This document shows positions 1 through 10,390 of a stretch of 64,000 nt of DNA, in pieces. A model generated the notes under the pieces. It saw only the letters and a program-made list of their open reading frames with translations. It was not told where the DNA came from and ran no database searches. Each line of letters opens with the position of its first letter. The first letter of the stretch is position 1. This stretch comes from an uncultured delta proteobacterium (GTDB lineage: Bacteria; Myxococcota_A; Polyangia; Polyangiales; JAFGIB01), in assembly GCA_963778655.1 (NCBI GenBank), contig CAVZVA010000009.1:672001-736000 (forward strand), in the 5' to 3' direction. The position numbers and the translations under genes are program-made.

Positions 1-765
1 TTCGAGGCGCTCGGGCTGCGCGGCATCTACGTCAAGCGCCATCCTCGGCAGAAGAACGCGCTCGGCGATCCGCGCGCGGAGCGCTACGCGCCCTCGCTGC
101 CGCTGCGCGGGCAGGCTGCGCCCGAGGAGCTGGTGGTGTACGAGCACGGGCTGCCGCTGGAGGTGCGCCTGGGCGACGGCCTGCGCACCGGCATCTTTCT
201 CGATCAGCGCGACAACCGGCAGCGCGTGCGCGCGCTCGCGCAAGGCCAGCGCGTGCTCAATCTGTTCGCGTACACGGGCGGCTTTTCGGTGGCGGCGCTG
301 GCGGGCGGCGCGCGACAGGTGCTGTCGGTCGACGCCGCGCAGGCGGCGCTTTCGTGGGCCGAGCGCAACGTGGCGCGGATCGACGCCGGCGCACGCCACC
401 GCGCGCTGTGCGCCGACGTGTTCGACGCGCTCGGGGAGCTGGCGCGCCACGGCGAGCGCTTCGACTTGATCGTGCTCGACCCGCCGAGCTACGCGACCAC
501 CCGCGCCCGAAGATTCCTGGTGCAAAAGCATTACGCGTCGCTGTGCCAGGCCTGCTTGCAGGTGCTGGCTCCAGGCGGCTGGATGCTGTGTTGCGTCAAT
601 CACTACGGGATGAGCCTGCACAAGCTGCGGCGCGACGTGCGCGCGGCGGCGCGCGCCGAAAACCGGGCCGTACGCGAGCTGCGCGATCTGCCGGGGCAGC
701 TGGACTTTCGGCCCGACCCCGAGCGCGAGCCGGGCAGCAAGAGCGTGCTGCTGCGTTGTGATTGA
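1..765 (+). CDS. Class I SAM-dependent rRNA methyltransferase, RlmI/RlmK-like (5'-truncated by window edge)
   Basis: Frame is open from base 1; motifs TGIFLDQRDNR, VLNLFAYTGGFS, FDLIVLDPPS. Confidence 0.88.
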   Translation, partial: FEALGLRGIYVKRHPRQKNALGDPRAERYAPSLPLRGQAAPEELVVYEHGLPLEVRLGDGLRTGIFLDQRDNRQRVRALAQGQRVLNLFAYTGGFSVAALAGGARQVLSVDAAQAALSWAERNVARIDAGARHRALCADVFDALGELARHGERFDLIVLDPPSYATTRARRFLVQKHYASLCQACLQVLAPGGWMLCCVNHYGMSLHKLRRDVRAAARAENRAVRELRDLPGQLDFRPDPEREPGSKSVLLRCD

Positions 766-840
766 GAGGACCGCCGTGGCGCCCCGTGCGACGGGTCCGG
801 ACGGTGCGGGCTCCCCCCCGGCGTCCAGGGCAAAAGGGAC

Positions 841-868
841 TTGCGGAGGCTTTTGGCCTGTGTATGAT
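841..868 (+). promoter_or_regulatory. Putative sigma70-type promoter for the SNF2 gene
   Basis: TTGCGG(841-846), 16-nt spacer, TATGAT(863-868) in a locally AT-rich patch. Confidence 0.5.
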
Positions 869-1087
869 AAACGCACTAGATCTGTGAGGGGGCCGGCTCT
901 GCAGACGCGAGCCTGCCACAGGAGCTAGGCGCATCAAGTCAGCTCAACCTCCGCCGAGTCGGAGCCGTTAGCCGGTCGGTCCAATCCCACCCGTCGCGTC
1001 GTTTCTTCGGGCGCCAGAGCGCCGGGCGGTCGAATCGACGCAACCCCACCCGGAACGTCACGCACGTTCCTCCCAGCGACGAGACCC

Positions 1088-4000
1088 ATGGCCGAGAGCC
1101 AAGCCATCGAATCCACGCCCGAAGCCGCCAGCATTGCCCAGCACGTGGGCCGCTTCTCCGATCGGGCCATCCAGCGTTTGGTCGGCGGCAACGCCTTCCT
1201 GCGCGGCCGCATCTACGCACGACGCAACGCCGTCTCCAACCTCACCGCCGAAGGCATGCAGGCCTCGTGCGACGTGCTGATCAAGGCCGACGAGCCGATC
1301 CGCGTCTCGGTCGAGCTGGCCGAGGGCGAGGTGCGCTCGGAGTGCGGCTGCCAGGCCTGGCGAGGTCCGACCGGTCACTGCAAGCACGTGGCCGCGCTCC
1401 TGGTGGCGTTGCGCGATCGCGAGCGGCCGCCGCGCCCGCGCCCGCCCGAAGCCCCGCCGCGAGAGCGAGAGGTAGTGGCACCGACCAACGGCCAGCCCTT
1501 GCAGGCGGCGGTGCGGGTGCAAGCCGCGCCCGCTCCGGCGCCGGCCAGCGGTAGCGGCAAACGCAGGCGCTCGCGCAGGCGTCGCCACGGCGCCACGTCG
1601 GCGCTCGGTGCCGAGGCGCTGCCGGTCAACGGTGGCGCGATCGAGTTGCTGGGCGTGCGCGATCTGGCGCAGGTGCGGCGTGCCGCCGCCGCCCGCGGCG
1701 CGCTGCTCGACGCCTGGCTGCCGCCGGGCGAGCTGCCCAAGCCGTGCGAGTTCGAGTACCGGCTGACTGTGCGCGCGGCGTCGATCACAGTGACGCCCGT
1801 GCTCGCGGGCACGCGCTCGGCGGTGCCGATCAACGAGGCGCTGTCCGGCTTCAATACCGTGCCCGCCTCCGATCGCCCGCTGTTCCGCGCGCTTGCGCGC
1901 CATGCGCCGCGCGGCACCTCGGCCACCGCCGAGCTGCGCAGCGAGGACGCAGCCGAGGTGCTGAGCATGCTGCGCGGGCGGCGCGTGCTGCTGGAGCCCG
2001 CCTCCAAGGAGCTGCGTTTCGCGGACGGCGCGCTGGAGCCGAAGATCGAGCTCGACCTGGCGAACAACAAGTCGGTGCGCATCCGCGTGGTGTTCGAGCT
2101 GGGCAACCGGCGCTTTCCGCTCTCGAGCGGGGCGTGGTTCGAGGGCACGCCCGGCTGGCACCTGGACACGACCGAGGGCGTGGCGCGGCCGGTCTCGACC
2201 GCGGTGACCCCGGCCTGGCTGCAGCGGCTGTACCGCTCGCCGGCGCTGGTGCAGCCGATGACCGATCTGCCGCGCTTGCTGGTGGAGTACATCCCGCGCG
2301 TGGCGGCCTCGCTGGGTACCGAGCTGCCCGATCTGAGCCAGGTGGCCGATGTGCTCGACGCCACGCCGAAGTTCTCGATCCGCACCACCGGCGACATCGT
2401 CGAGGCGCGGGCGCGACTGCGTGTGAGCTACGACCAGTTCGAGCACGAGGTACCACCGGCCGGCTTTCCGCAGCCGCTTGCATTCGAGGCACCGGTGCGC
2501 GGGGCGACCCGTCCGATCGTGGTGCGGCGCGACGTCGGTGCTGAGCTGGCGGCGGTGCAGCAGTTGCTCAACCTCGGCTTTGCCGTCGACGAGAACGGCG
2601 AGGAGCTGGTGGTGCGCGGCGACGGCGCGATCGCATTCTGGACCGAAGGCATCGGCTCGCTGCCCGAGGAATGGGAGCGCTTCATCCCGAGCGACCTGCA
2701 GGGCGTGACCGTGCGCGACAAGTCGGTGTCGCCGCGCGCGCGGGTCAGCAGCGGCGTTGACTGGCTGAGCCTGGACATGGTGTTCGAGGCGGACGGAGTC
2801 GGCGTCGACGAGCGCGAGCTGCGCGAGTGCCTGGAGAGCGGGCGGCGGTTGGTGCGCTTGCAGGACGGTACCTACGCACCGGTCAAGTCCGACGAGGTGG
2901 GCGAGATCCTGGAGCGCATGGCGGAGATCTACGCCACCAGCGGCAACGGCAAGACGCTGGCGCTGGCGCAAGCCGGGCGGGTGCAGGACCTGCTCTCGCT
3001 GGTCAACAACTCCAGCCTGACGCCGGCGGCCAAGGACCTGTTCAACAAGCTGCAGAACGTCGGCGAGATCGAGCAGATCGCCAAGCCGCGCTCGCTCAAG
3101 GCCACCCTGCGGCCGTACCAGAAGGAAGGTTTCTCGTGGCTGGTGTTCCTGCACGAGCTCAGCGCGGGCGGCATCCTGGCCGACGACATGGGCCTGGGCA
3201 AGACGGTGCAGACGATCGCGCTGCTGCTGTGGCTCAAGGCCAAGACCAAGGGTAAGGTCAGCCATCTGGTGGTGGCGCCGACCTCGGTCGTGCCCAACTG
3301 GTTGCGCGAGATCGAGAAGTTCGCGCCCAGCTTGAGCGCGCTGGCCTGGCAGGGGCCCGATCGCGATAAGCTGCTGGACAAGCTCGAGGACACCGACGTC
3401 GTGGTGACCAGCTACGCGCTGGTGCGGCGTGACGAGGAGTTCTTCCAGCAGCGCAAGTTCTGCTACGTGATCCTCGACGAGGCGCAGCACATCAAGAACC
3501 CACAGAGCGCCACCGCGCGCGCGGTCAAGAAGCTACAGAGCGAGCAGCGTCTGGCGCTGACCGGTACGCCGATCGAGAACCGCCTGAGCGAGATCTGGTC
3601 GATCTTCGATTTCGTTTCGCCCGGCCTGCTGGGCGATCTCGGCCGTTTCGAGGAGAAGTTCGCGCGGCCGATCGACCGCGGCGACAAGACCGCGGCCGAG
3701 AAGCTGCGCGCCGCGATTCATCGCTTCGTGCTGCGACGCGACAAGCTCGACGTGGCCAGGGATCTGCCCCCGAAGATCGAGCAGGACATCCTGGTGCCGA
3801 TGGCGGACGACCAGACCAAGCTGTACGCGCAGATCTTGCGCCAGGTGCGCGAGAGTGTGATGAGCGAGGTCGAAAAGCAGGGTCTGGCCAAGGCCAAGAT
3901 CCAGATCCTGGCGGCGCTGACGCGGCTGCGCCAGGTGGCCTGCGACCCGCGGCTGATGAAGCTCGAGGGCGACTGGGGCATGGACAGCAGCGGCAAGCTT

Positions 4001-4492
4001 GGCGCGTTGCGCGAGATCATGCAGGAAGCGGTGGCTGGCGGGCACCGCGTGCTGATCTTCAGCCAGTTCGTCGAGATGCTGCATCTGATCCGCAGCGTGC
4101 TGGAAGAGGAGGGGATTCGCTTCGAGTGGCTGACCGGCGCGACCACCGACCGCATGGAGCGGGTCGACCGCTTCAACGATGACAGCTCGGTGGCGGCGTT
4201 TCTGATTTCGCTCAAGGCCGGCGGCACCGGCCTGAACCTGGTTGGCGCCGATACGGTGATCCACTTCGACCCCTGGTGGAACCCGGCGGTGGAGGACCAG
4301 GCTACCGACCGCGCGCACCGCATCGGCCAGTCCAAGACCGTGTCGGTGTATCGTCTAATCGCGAAGGATTCGGTCGAGGAGAAGATCCTGCAGCTCTCGG
4401 AGAAGAAGCGCGCGCTGATGGCCAACGTGCTGAGCAGCGAGGCGCCGCTCAAGGGCCTGACCAAGCAAGACGTCGAGGATCTGTTCAGCTAG
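1088..4492 (+). CDS. SWIM zinc finger + SNF2/SWI2-family helicase-like ATPase
   Basis: CGC...HCKHVAALL (SWIM); LRPYQ, GGILADDMGLGKT, ILDEAQHIKN, LTGTPIENRL, DPWWNPAVEDQATDRAHRIGQ. Confidence 0.95.
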   Translation: MAESQAIESTPEAASIAQHVGRFSDRAIQRLVGGNAFLRGRIYARRNAVSNLTAEGMQASCDVLIKADEPIRVSVELAEGEVRSECGCQAWRGPTGHCKHVAALLVALRDRERPPRPRPPEAPPREREVVAPTNGQPLQAAVRVQAAPAPAPASGSGKRRRSRRRRHGATSALGAEALPVNGGAIELLGVRDLAQVRRAAAARGALLDAWLPPGELPKPCEFEYRLTVRAASITVTPVLAGTRSAVPINEALSGFNTVPASDRPLFRALARHAPRGTSATAELRSEDAAEVLSMLRGRRVLLEPASKELRFADGALEPKIELDLANNKSVRIRVVFELGNRRFPLSSGAWFEGTPGWHLDTTEGVARPVSTAVTPAWLQRLYRSPALVQPMTDLPRLLVEYIPRVAASLGTELPDLSQVADVLDATPKFSIRTTGDIVEARARLRVSYDQFEHEVPPAGFPQPLAFEAPVRGATRPIVVRRDVGAELAAVQQLLNLGFAVDENGEELVVRGDGAIAFWTEGIGSLPEEWERFIPSDLQGVTVRDKSVSPRARVSSGVDWLSLDMVFEADGVGVDERELRECLESGRRLVRLQDGTYAPVKSDEVGEILERMAEIYATSGNGKTLALAQAGRVQDLLSLVNNSSLTPAAKDLFNKLQNVGEIEQIAKPRSLKATLRPYQKEGFSWLVFLHELSAGGILADDMGLGKTVQTIALLLWLKAKTKGKVSHLVVAPTSVVPNWLREIEKFAPSLSALAWQGPDRDKLLDKLEDTDVVVTSYALVRRDEEFFQQRKFCYVILDEAQHIKNPQSATARAVKKLQSEQRLALTGTPIENRLSEIWSIFDFVSPGLLGDLGRFEEKFARPIDRGDKTAAEKLRAAIHRFVLRRDKLDVARDLPPKIEQDILVPMADDQTKLYAQILRQVRESVMSEVEKQGLAKAKIQILAALTRLRQVACDPRLMKLEGDWGMDSSGKLGALREIMQEAVAGGHRVLIFSQFVEMLHLIRSVLEEEGIRFEWLTGATTDRMERVDRFNDDSSVAAFLISLKAGGTGLNLVGADTVIHFDPWWNPAVEDQATDRAHRIGQSKTVSVYRLIAKDSVEEKILQLSEKKRALMANVLSSEAPLKGLTKQDVEDLFS

Positions 4493-4521
4493 ATGGGCTC
4501 CCGCCGCAAGGTACTTGCGTC

Positions 4522-4601
4522 GGATTCACAGGAAGACGGCAGGTCGGGAAGAGGAAAACGAGAGTCTGCGCTTTCCGCCTTCCCGTCCTCCTGTTGAATC
4601 C
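4522..4601. repeat. Intergenic palindromic repeat, family A (CAGGAAGACGGGAAG-type)
   Basis: Arms GGATTCA-CAGGAAGACGG and CCGTCCTCCTG-T-TGAATCC; related copies at 5996, 10314, 30625, 32597, 60408. Confidence 0.7.
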
Positions 4602-4639
4602 CTCTGATTGGCCGGGAGCTCGCTGCCGAGGAGGAGAGC

Positions 4640-5260
4640 ATGGCGCTGCGCGGAATCAACCACCTGGCCTTCATCACGCCCGATCTCGAGAAGACCATCC
4701 GCTTCTACCGCGACCTGCTCGACATGGAGTTGCGCGCGGGCATCGGTCACGACGGCTATCGCCACTACTTCTTCCGCTGCGGCGATGCCCAGGTGGCGTT
4801 CTTCGAGTACGAGGGCGCCGCGGTCATGAACCGCAAGTTCCACGGCACCAAGACCACCCTGCCGCTGGGCTTCGACCACGTGTCGTTCACGGTCGAGAGC
4901 TGCGAGCGACTGTTCGAATACAAGGACCGGCTGGAGGCTGCCGGGGTGGAGGTGGTGGGAGCGATCGACCACGGCACCATCTGGTCGATCTATTTCTTCG
5001 ACCCCAACGAAATTCCGCTCGAGATCAGCTGGGAGTGCCTGGAGCTCATCGAGCTGCCCGCGATCGACGAGGATGAGCCCATGAAGATCGCCGCCGAGGG
5101 CGCCCGGCGCGTCCCCGGGGTCTGGCCGGAGCCGCGGCAGCGGACGCCCAGGGAGCGCTTCACGGCGAGACCGGGCAACGGGCATCACATGCGGGAGACC
5201 TTCCTTCGTGAAGGCAAAGCGCGTATGACCGACGAGCTGCGCAGGCTGATCGAGCGCTGA
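4640..5260 (+). CDS. VOC/glyoxalase family protein
   Basis: GINHLAF..DLEKTIRFYRDLL, FDHVSF, SIYFFDPNEIPLE; SD GGAGGAG. Confidence 0.9.
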   Translation: MALRGINHLAFITPDLEKTIRFYRDLLDMELRAGIGHDGYRHYFFRCGDAQVAFFEYEGAAVMNRKFHGTKTTLPLGFDHVSFTVESCERLFEYKDRLEAAGVEVVGAIDHGTIWSIYFFDPNEIPLEISWECLELIELPAIDEDEPMKIAAEGARRVPGVWPEPRQRTPRERFTARPGNGHHMRETFLREGKARMTDELRRLIER

Positions 5261-5309
5261 CCGGACTGGGTCTCGCTGGCGCCTGGAATCCCGCACAGGA
5301 GAACCCGCC

Positions 5310-5981
5310 ATGAAGCTTTACATGCACCCGGCCTCGACCACGTCGCGTCCCGTGATGTTGTTCGCGGCCGAAGCCAAGATCGATCTCGAGCCCGTCGTCG
5401 TGGACTTGATGACCGGCGAGCACCACAAGCCGCCCTACGCGAACCTCAACCCCAGCCGCCAAGTTCCGCTGCTGGAGGACGGGGACTTTCGGCTGAGTGA
5501 GAGCTCCGCGATTCTGAAGTACCTTGCCGACAAGGTGAATTCGCCGCTCTATCCCAAGGAGCTCAAGGCCCGGGCGCGCGTCAACGAGCGCATGGACTGG
5601 TTCAACACCGGCTTCTACCGCGACCTCGGCTACAACCTGGTCTATCCGCAGATCTTTCCCCATCACAAGCGCTCGAGCGACGACGTGACCGGCGGCGTGG
5701 TGCAGTGGGGCAAGGAGAAGACGAGCTTCTGGCTCAGGATTCTCGACCAGAACATACTCGGCGACGCGCCGTACGTGTGCGGCAAGGAGATGACGATTGC
5801 CGACCTGTTCGGCTCGGCGCTGGTGACCTGCGGCGAGCTGGTCAAGACGGACTTCACGAAGTATCCGAACGTGCAGCGCTGGATCCAGCGCATGAAGCAG
5901 CTTCCGAGCTGGAACAAGGTGAGCGAGGTGCACGACGGCTTCGTGGCCTCGTTGCGTGACAAGCCACTGGTCGCGGTCTGA
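5310..5981 (+). CDS. Glutathione S-transferase family protein
   Basis: LNPSRQVPLLEDGDFRLSESSAILKYL, MTIADL; SD AGGAG. Confidence 0.93.
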   Translation: MKLYMHPASTTSRPVMLFAAEAKIDLEPVVVDLMTGEHHKPPYANLNPSRQVPLLEDGDFRLSESSAILKYLADKVNSPLYPKELKARARVNERMDWFNTGFYRDLGYNLVYPQIFPHHKRSSDDVTGGVVQWGKEKTSFWLRILDQNILGDAPYVCGKEMTIADLFGSALVTCGELVKTDFTKYPNVQRWIQRMKQLPSWNKVSEVHDGFVASLRDKPLVAV

Positions 5982-5995
5982 GGGCGGAAGCAAGC

Positions 5996-6070
5996 TTCAA
6001 CAGGACGACGGGAAGAACGGCGGGAAGAGAAGAACCATTGGGTCTTCCCGTCTGCCTGCCTGTCTCTTGT
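5996..6070. repeat. Family A palindromic repeat between convergent genes
   Basis: TTCAACAGGACGACGGGAAG...CTTCCCGTC. Confidence 0.65.
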
Positions 6071-6074
6071 CCCG

Positions 6075-6374
6075 CTAGCTTGCGAACAGCGCCTCGAGCT
6101 GCTCGCGCTCGCCGCGGCGCAGGCTGTGCAGGCGCAGGCCGACCTCGAAGCGGCCGTCTTGCGTGCGCTTGCTGCCCGCGCTCTTGCCGACCAGCTGCAG
6201 CGGCGGCTCGCCCGCGTGCAGCGTGAGCTGCAGCGGGCGCCCGGGCGGATGCGCGCGCGCGCACAGCAGCCGCAGGACTCCGGCCTGCCAGCCGATCGCG
6301 ACTGCGTCCGCGCCGTCCGCGAAGCTCACCGGCAATTCGGGCCTCGAGGGCACCGCTGCGTGCTGCTCGCTCAT
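6075..6374 (-). CDS. Small PilZ-like beta-barrel protein (hypothetical)
   Basis: 99 aa; PPGRPLQLTL...FEVGLRLHSL.RGEREQL resembles the PilZ C-terminus; no clear RxxxR motif; directly downstream of smpB. Confidence 0.55.
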   Translation of the reverse strand: MSEQHAAVPSRPELPVSFADGADAVAIGWQAGVLRLLCARAHPPGRPLQLTLHAGEPPLQLVGKSAGSKRTQDGRFEVGLRLHSLRRGEREQLEALFAS

Positions 6375-6384
6375 CGCCTGCGCC

Positions 6385-6882
6385 TCACGAGCGCCCGCGC
6401 GCGCGTCCGATTGCGGCGCGCGCCTCCTTCAAGTCGATCTCGCGACGGATGTCCTCGCGCTTGTCGCCGCGCTTCTTGCCCTTGCCCAGGCCGAGCTCGA
6501 CCTTGGCCCGCCCGTGCTTGAAGTACACCGAGAGCGGCACCAGCGCGTAGCCGCGCTGGGCGAGCTTGCCCAGCAATCGCTTGATCTCGACCTTGTGCGC
6601 GAGCAGCTTGCGGGTGCGCTTGGGCTCGTGGCCGAACACGCCGGCCTGCTCGTAGGGCGCGATGTGCATGCCGTGCAGAAACAGCTCGAGGCCATCGAGG
6701 CTGGCATACGCGCTCTCGATATCGGCCCGGCGCGCGCGCAGGCTCTTGACCTCGGAGCCGGTCAGCACGATGCCGACCTCCAGGCGCTCTTCCAGCTCGT
6801 ACTGGTGTGAGGCCTTGGGATTGCGGCACACCAAAAGCATGCCGGCGGCCTTGTCGCCCTTGTCGCCCTTGTGCTTGGCCAT
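6385..6882 (-). CDS. smpB: SsrA-binding protein SmpB
   Basis: NPKASHQY, EVGIVLTGSEVKSLR, MHIAPY, RTRKLLAHK, LGLGKGKKRGDKRE; ATG at 6882. Confidence 0.97.
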   Translation of the reverse strand: MAKHKGDKGDKAAGMLLVCRNPKASHQYELEERLEVGIVLTGSEVKSLRARRADIESAYASLDGLELFLHGMHIAPYEQAGVFGHEPKRTRKLLAHKVEIKRLLGKLAQRGYALVPLSVYFKHGRAKVELGLGKGKKRGDKREDIRREIDLKEARAAIGRARGRS

Positions 6883-6905
6883 GATCCGGCCAGGCTCATA
6901 ACAGG

Positions 6906-7709
6906 TCAGCGCCCTGCGGGCGAGCGCCCCCCATCGGGCACCCCCCGCTCCCCGGCGCCGTGCGCGCTCGGAGGCCTGGACGTAGGCGTGGTCGCGGTCG
7001 TAGGCGTAGGCGTAGGCGTAGGCGTAGGCGTAGGCGTCCCCGTCCCCGTCCCCGCATCCGCCACCTTCGGCACGCCCCCGTCCCCGCTCGCGGCCGGCGC
7101 GCTCGCGGGCGTCGCCCGCGCGTCCACGCAGAACTCGGGGTCGAGCCAGACCGGCTCGGTGGAGTCGGGCTTGCGCGCGAGCGCATAGCCGTTGCCCGGC
7201 GCGCGATTGACGAAGCCCGAGTTGCGAATGCGGTAGATCTGGATGCACGGCGGCTCGCCCGAGGCGGGCTCTCGCTGCACGAAGACCTCGGCGAAGCCGT
7301 CGCCATCCGCGTCGTAGCCGCCGTTCAGCGGCGCAGGCAGCAGCTCGTAGCGCACGCCCTCATGAAGCGCGTCGGGCTCGACCGGGTCGAGCGCCAGCTC
7401 GATCCCGCGCACGGTCACGACGCGCACTTGCGTGGGCCGGCCGCGTGCGTCGGTGAAACCCAGCGCCGTGAAATCCTGGCCCTTCTGCTGCAGCTGCAGC
7501 CGGTAGCCCAAGCCCTCGAGCTGCCGGCGCAGCGCTTCGGCCTCGGCGTCCGGTTGCACGCCCAACACCAGATACTGATCGTCGTTGAAGAAAGGACCGT
7601 GCGGCTGCGACGCGCAGGTGCAGAGCGCCGCCAGACCGAGCAGCGCGAGCAGGGGCCGGGCGCGCGCGGCGCCGGCCGCGGAGGCCCGAGCTCCCGGGCG
7701 ACCGCTCAC
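6906..7709 (-). CDS. Hypothetical secreted/lipoprotein with Pro-Thr repeat tail
   Basis: Signal-like [13 protein letters not shown]; Ca-binding-like [12 protein letters not shown] start overlaps the thrC stop. Confidence 0.7.
   Translation of the reverse strand: MSGRPGARASAAGAARARPLLALLGLAALCTCASQPHGPFFNDDQYLVLGVQPDAEAEALRRQLEGLGYRLQLQQKGQDFTALGFTDARGRPTQVRVVTVRGIELALDPVEPDALHEGVRYELLPAPLNGGYDADGDGFAEVFVQREPASGEPPCIQIYRIRNSGFVNRAPGNGYALARKPDSTEPVWLDPEFCVDARATPASAPAASGDGGVPKVADAGTGTGTPTPTPTPTPTPTTATTPTSRPPSAHGAGERGVPDGGRSPAGR
6999..7052. repeat. Hexamer tandem repeat (CGTAGG)x6-(CGTCCC)x3
   Basis: Read directly; encodes [16 protein letters not shown] on the minus strand. Confidence 0.9.
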
Positions 7710-9028
7710 AGCGCCTGGAGCACCGTCCGCTTGACCGCGTCGTAGTCGTTGGGCAACGCGATCGGCTGATTCGGGTGGCGGCTGTGCACGCCCTCGATGC
7801 GGCCTTCGTGGTAGCGGATCTTGAAGTCAGTGAACTTGAGACCGCTGGCGGTGGAGATCACCACCACCCGGTCCTTCCTCGTGATCTCGCCGCGTTCTAC
7901 CAGCTTCACCAGCGCGGCCAGCGCCACGCCGGTGTGGGGACAGGCGAAGGTGCCGGTACGGTCGGCCGCGGCCGCGGCTTCGGCTAGCTCGCTCTCGCTG
8001 GCCTGCTCGACCACGCCGTCGTAGCGCTTGAGCGTGCGAATCGCGCGCTGGATCGACACTGGATTGCCGATGCGGATCGCGCTGGCCTCGGTAGGCTTGG
8101 CGGTCATCGGCTCGAACTGGGCGTAGCCGCGCTTGTACGCCGTGTACAGCGGGTTGGCCGACTCGGCCTGCGCCACGCAGATGCGCGGCCTGCGCTTGAT
8201 CAGCCCGAGCTCGTACATCAGGTCGAAACCCGAGCCGAGCGCGGACACGTTGCCGAGATTCCCACCGGGGATGATCACCCAGTCGGGCACTTCCCAGTCG
8301 AACTGCTGCACGATCTCGATCGCGACCGTCTTCTGGCCTTCGAGCCGCAACGAGTTCATCGAGTTGGCGAGGTAGATGCCCGGCTCTTCGGCGAGCTTCT
8401 GCACGATCGCCATGCAGCCGTCGAAGTCCGTGTCGAGCGCACACACCTGCGCGCCGTTGGCGAGCGGCTGCACGAGCTGCGCCGTGGTCACCTTGCCGCG
8501 CGGCAACAGCACCGCCGCGCGGATGCCGGCGGCCGCGCAATAGGCGGCGAGCGCGGCCGAGGTGTCGCCGGTGGAGGCGCACACGATCGCGCGGATCGGC
8601 TTGCCCCGCTTGATCATCTGCCGCACCACGCTGACCAGCACCGTCATGCCCAGGTCCTTGAACGAGCCGGTGTGGCTGTTGCCGCAAAGCTTGATCCACA
8701 GCTCCGGCAGCCCCAGGCTCTGGCCGTAGCGCTCGGCCCAGAACAGATTGGTGCCGCCCTCGTGCAGCGACACGATGCAGTCTTCGTCGAGGTGGGGAAC
8801 GACCCACTCCTTCTTGCCCCACACGCCGCTGCCGTAGGGCCAGCGCGAGGTGCCCGAGCGCTCGTCGAACAGCTTGACCCAGGCGGCGGCGCTGCGGCGG
8901 CGCAGCGCCTCGAGGTCGTGGTGGACTTCGAGCAGCTCGCCGCACTTGGGGCAGCGGTAGATCACCTCTTCGAGGTCGTAGCTGCCTTCGCACCCGGCGA
9001 CGCAGCGAAAGCTGCAGCTGTAGTCCAT
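7706..9028 (-). CDS. thrC: Threonine synthase
   Basis: [10 protein letters not shown] (PLP Lys), [41 protein letters not shown]; start MDYSCS at 9028. Confidence 0.95.
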   Translation of the reverse strand: MDYSCSFRCVAGCEGSYDLEEVIYRCPKCGELLEVHHDLEALRRRSAAAWVKLFDERSGTSRWPYGSGVWGKKEWVVPHLDEDCIVSLHEGGTNLFWAERYGQSLGLPELWIKLCGNSHTGSFKDLGMTVLVSVVRQMIKRGKPIRAIVCASTGDTSAALAAYCAAAGIRAAVLLPRGKVTTAQLVQPLANGAQVCALDTDFDGCMAIVQKLAEEPGIYLANSMNSLRLEGQKTVAIEIVQQFDWEVPDWVIIPGGNLGNVSALGSGFDLMYELGLIKRRPRICVAQAESANPLYTAYKRGYAQFEPMTAKPTEASAIRIGNPVSIQRAIRTLKRYDGVVEQASESELAEAAAAADRTGTFACPHTGVALAALVKLVERGEITRKDRVVVISTASGLKFTDFKIRYHEGRIEGVHSRHPNQPIALPNDYDAVKRTVLQAL

Positions 9029-9174
9029 CGCGCGGCAGTATAGAGGAGCCCCAGGCACCCTGCCCGGCGAAATTTGCCGGCTTGTGCTGGACGGCGCGGC
9101 AGCAGGCCGGAAACGCAGGGATCCCTGCCCGGGTCTCGCGCTCCTCCTCTGGGAGGGCGGATTTGCGCGATTAC

Positions 9175-9232
9175 GAGCGAGCGGAGCGACGCTCGGGAGG
9201 GGTGGGGCGGGAGGGGCGCGTGTCCCTCCCGG
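9175..9232. repeat. Intergenic repeat, family B (GGGCGGGAGGGGCGCGTGYCCCTCCCGG)
   Basis: 9205-9232 matches 45992-46019 at 27 of 28 nt. Confidence 0.75.
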
Positions 9233-9273
9233 GCGTATCAACTTGTCGTGAACGCGGAATTTTCTTCAGGAGC

Positions 9274-10278
9274 TCATGAGGCGCACAAGTAGTCGTCGCC
9301 TTCCCGATAGCCGCGGGCGTCGAGCTCGGCGCGGGCCAGGTCGCGCGCCCCGCGTGCGGCCAGAGCCACCACCACCCAGCGCTCGCCAGGCGGGGCGAGC
9401 GCGTCGACCGCCACGATCGCGGCGCCTCGGGCCATCCGGCCGAGCTTGCGCGGGTCGATGTCGATGAAGCGGGCCGCGCGCACGTCGTGCGGCTCGAGCG
9501 CGCGCGCCAGCCGTTTGCCCGCGGCGCCCGCGCCCCACACGTCCAGCGGGCGCGGGTGCGCGCGCAGCCGCCGCGCGAGATGAGGCGCCTTGAGCGCGGT
9601 GAAGCGCGGGCGCGCGTAGCGCGGGTCGCTGCGGGTGGCGCCGGCTGGCGAGCTGCGCCAGCGCAACAGCACGCGCTGCAGCTTGGCCAGGGCGTAGCCG
9701 GCGGCATCCAGACGCAGCCACAGGTCGTAGTCCTCGGGAAAGGCACCGTCGCGAAAACCGCCCACCGCGTGCAGCGCGTCGGCGCGCAACATCACCGAGG
9801 GATGGCACAGCGGCGATTCGACGAAGATCTGGCGGCGGTGATCGGCGGCGCTGATCAGACCGTTCTGCCACGCCACGTAGCGGCGCATGCCTTCCTGCAG
9901 CGCGTCGTCGGCGAACGCCTCCACGCACGTGCCGAGCGCGGCCAGCGCCGGCTGCTGCCGCATGCGCTGGAGCTGGGCGGCCAGGCGCCCGGGCAGCGAC
10001 ACGTCGTCGGCGTCCATGCGCGCGAGCCACGGCGCGCGCGCGGTCTGCGCGGCCTGTTGCAGCGCGCGCGCGATGCCGACCCCGCCGGACGTCATCGGCC
10101 GCAGTCGTGAATCGGTCGCGGCCAGCTGCTGCGCGATGCGCGCCCCGCCGTCCCGCGAGCCGTCGTCGACCGCGATCAGCTCGAGCGAGACGTCCCGCTG
10201 GGCGAGCACGCTGCGCAGCGCCTGCTCCAGCGTCGCCTCCGCGTCGCGATACGGCAGCAAGACCGAGACCTCGATCAC
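9274..10278 (-). CDS. Glycosyltransferase family 2 with C-terminal Rossmann-like domain
   Basis: VSVLLPYRD, VDDGSRDG, ARMDADD, HPSVM, EDYDLWLR; VWGAGAAGK. Confidence 0.92.
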   Translation of the reverse strand: MIEVSVLLPYRDAEATLEQALRSVLAQRDVSLELIAVDDGSRDGGARIAQQLAATDSRLRPMTSGGVGIARALQQAAQTARAPWLARMDADDVSLPGRLAAQLQRMRQQPALAALGTCVEAFADDALQEGMRRYVAWQNGLISAADHRRQIFVESPLCHPSVMLRADALHAVGGFRDGAFPEDYDLWLRLDAAGYALAKLQRVLLRWRSSPAGATRSDPRYARPRFTALKAPHLARRLRAHPRPLDVWGAGAAGKRLARALEPHDVRAARFIDIDPRKLGRMARGAAIVAVDALAPPGERWVVVALAARGARDLARAELDARGYREGDDYLCAS

Positions 10279-10313
10279 CGCTGGTGCTCCGGTCCCGGCA
10301 CGCTCACGCCCTC

Positions 10314-10376
10314 GAATTCAGAACACGGCAAGAAGGGAAGGGCGATCCAAACTGTTCCCGCCTTCCTGTTGCATCC
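10314..10376. repeat. Family A palindromic repeat (degenerate)
   Basis: GAAGGGAAG...TTCCCGCCTTCCTGTTGCATCC. Confidence 0.55.
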
Positions 10377-10390
10377 CATGAACGGCCGCA

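Noticed and set aside
1058..3490. 810-aa minus-strand ORF, and similar long antisense ORFs (19849-22032, 26357-28507, 35427-37502)
   Set aside because: These are shadow frames of well-supported opposite-strand genes, expected at high GC, with no motifs.
6000..7000. tmRNA (ssrA) near smpB
   Set aside because: No tRNA-like ends seen, and both flanks are coding.
6883..7248. N-terminal extension of SmpB with a YAYAYA repeat
   Set aside because: It is an alternate-frame reading of the hexamer repeat in the upstream gene; SmpB homology starts at 6882.
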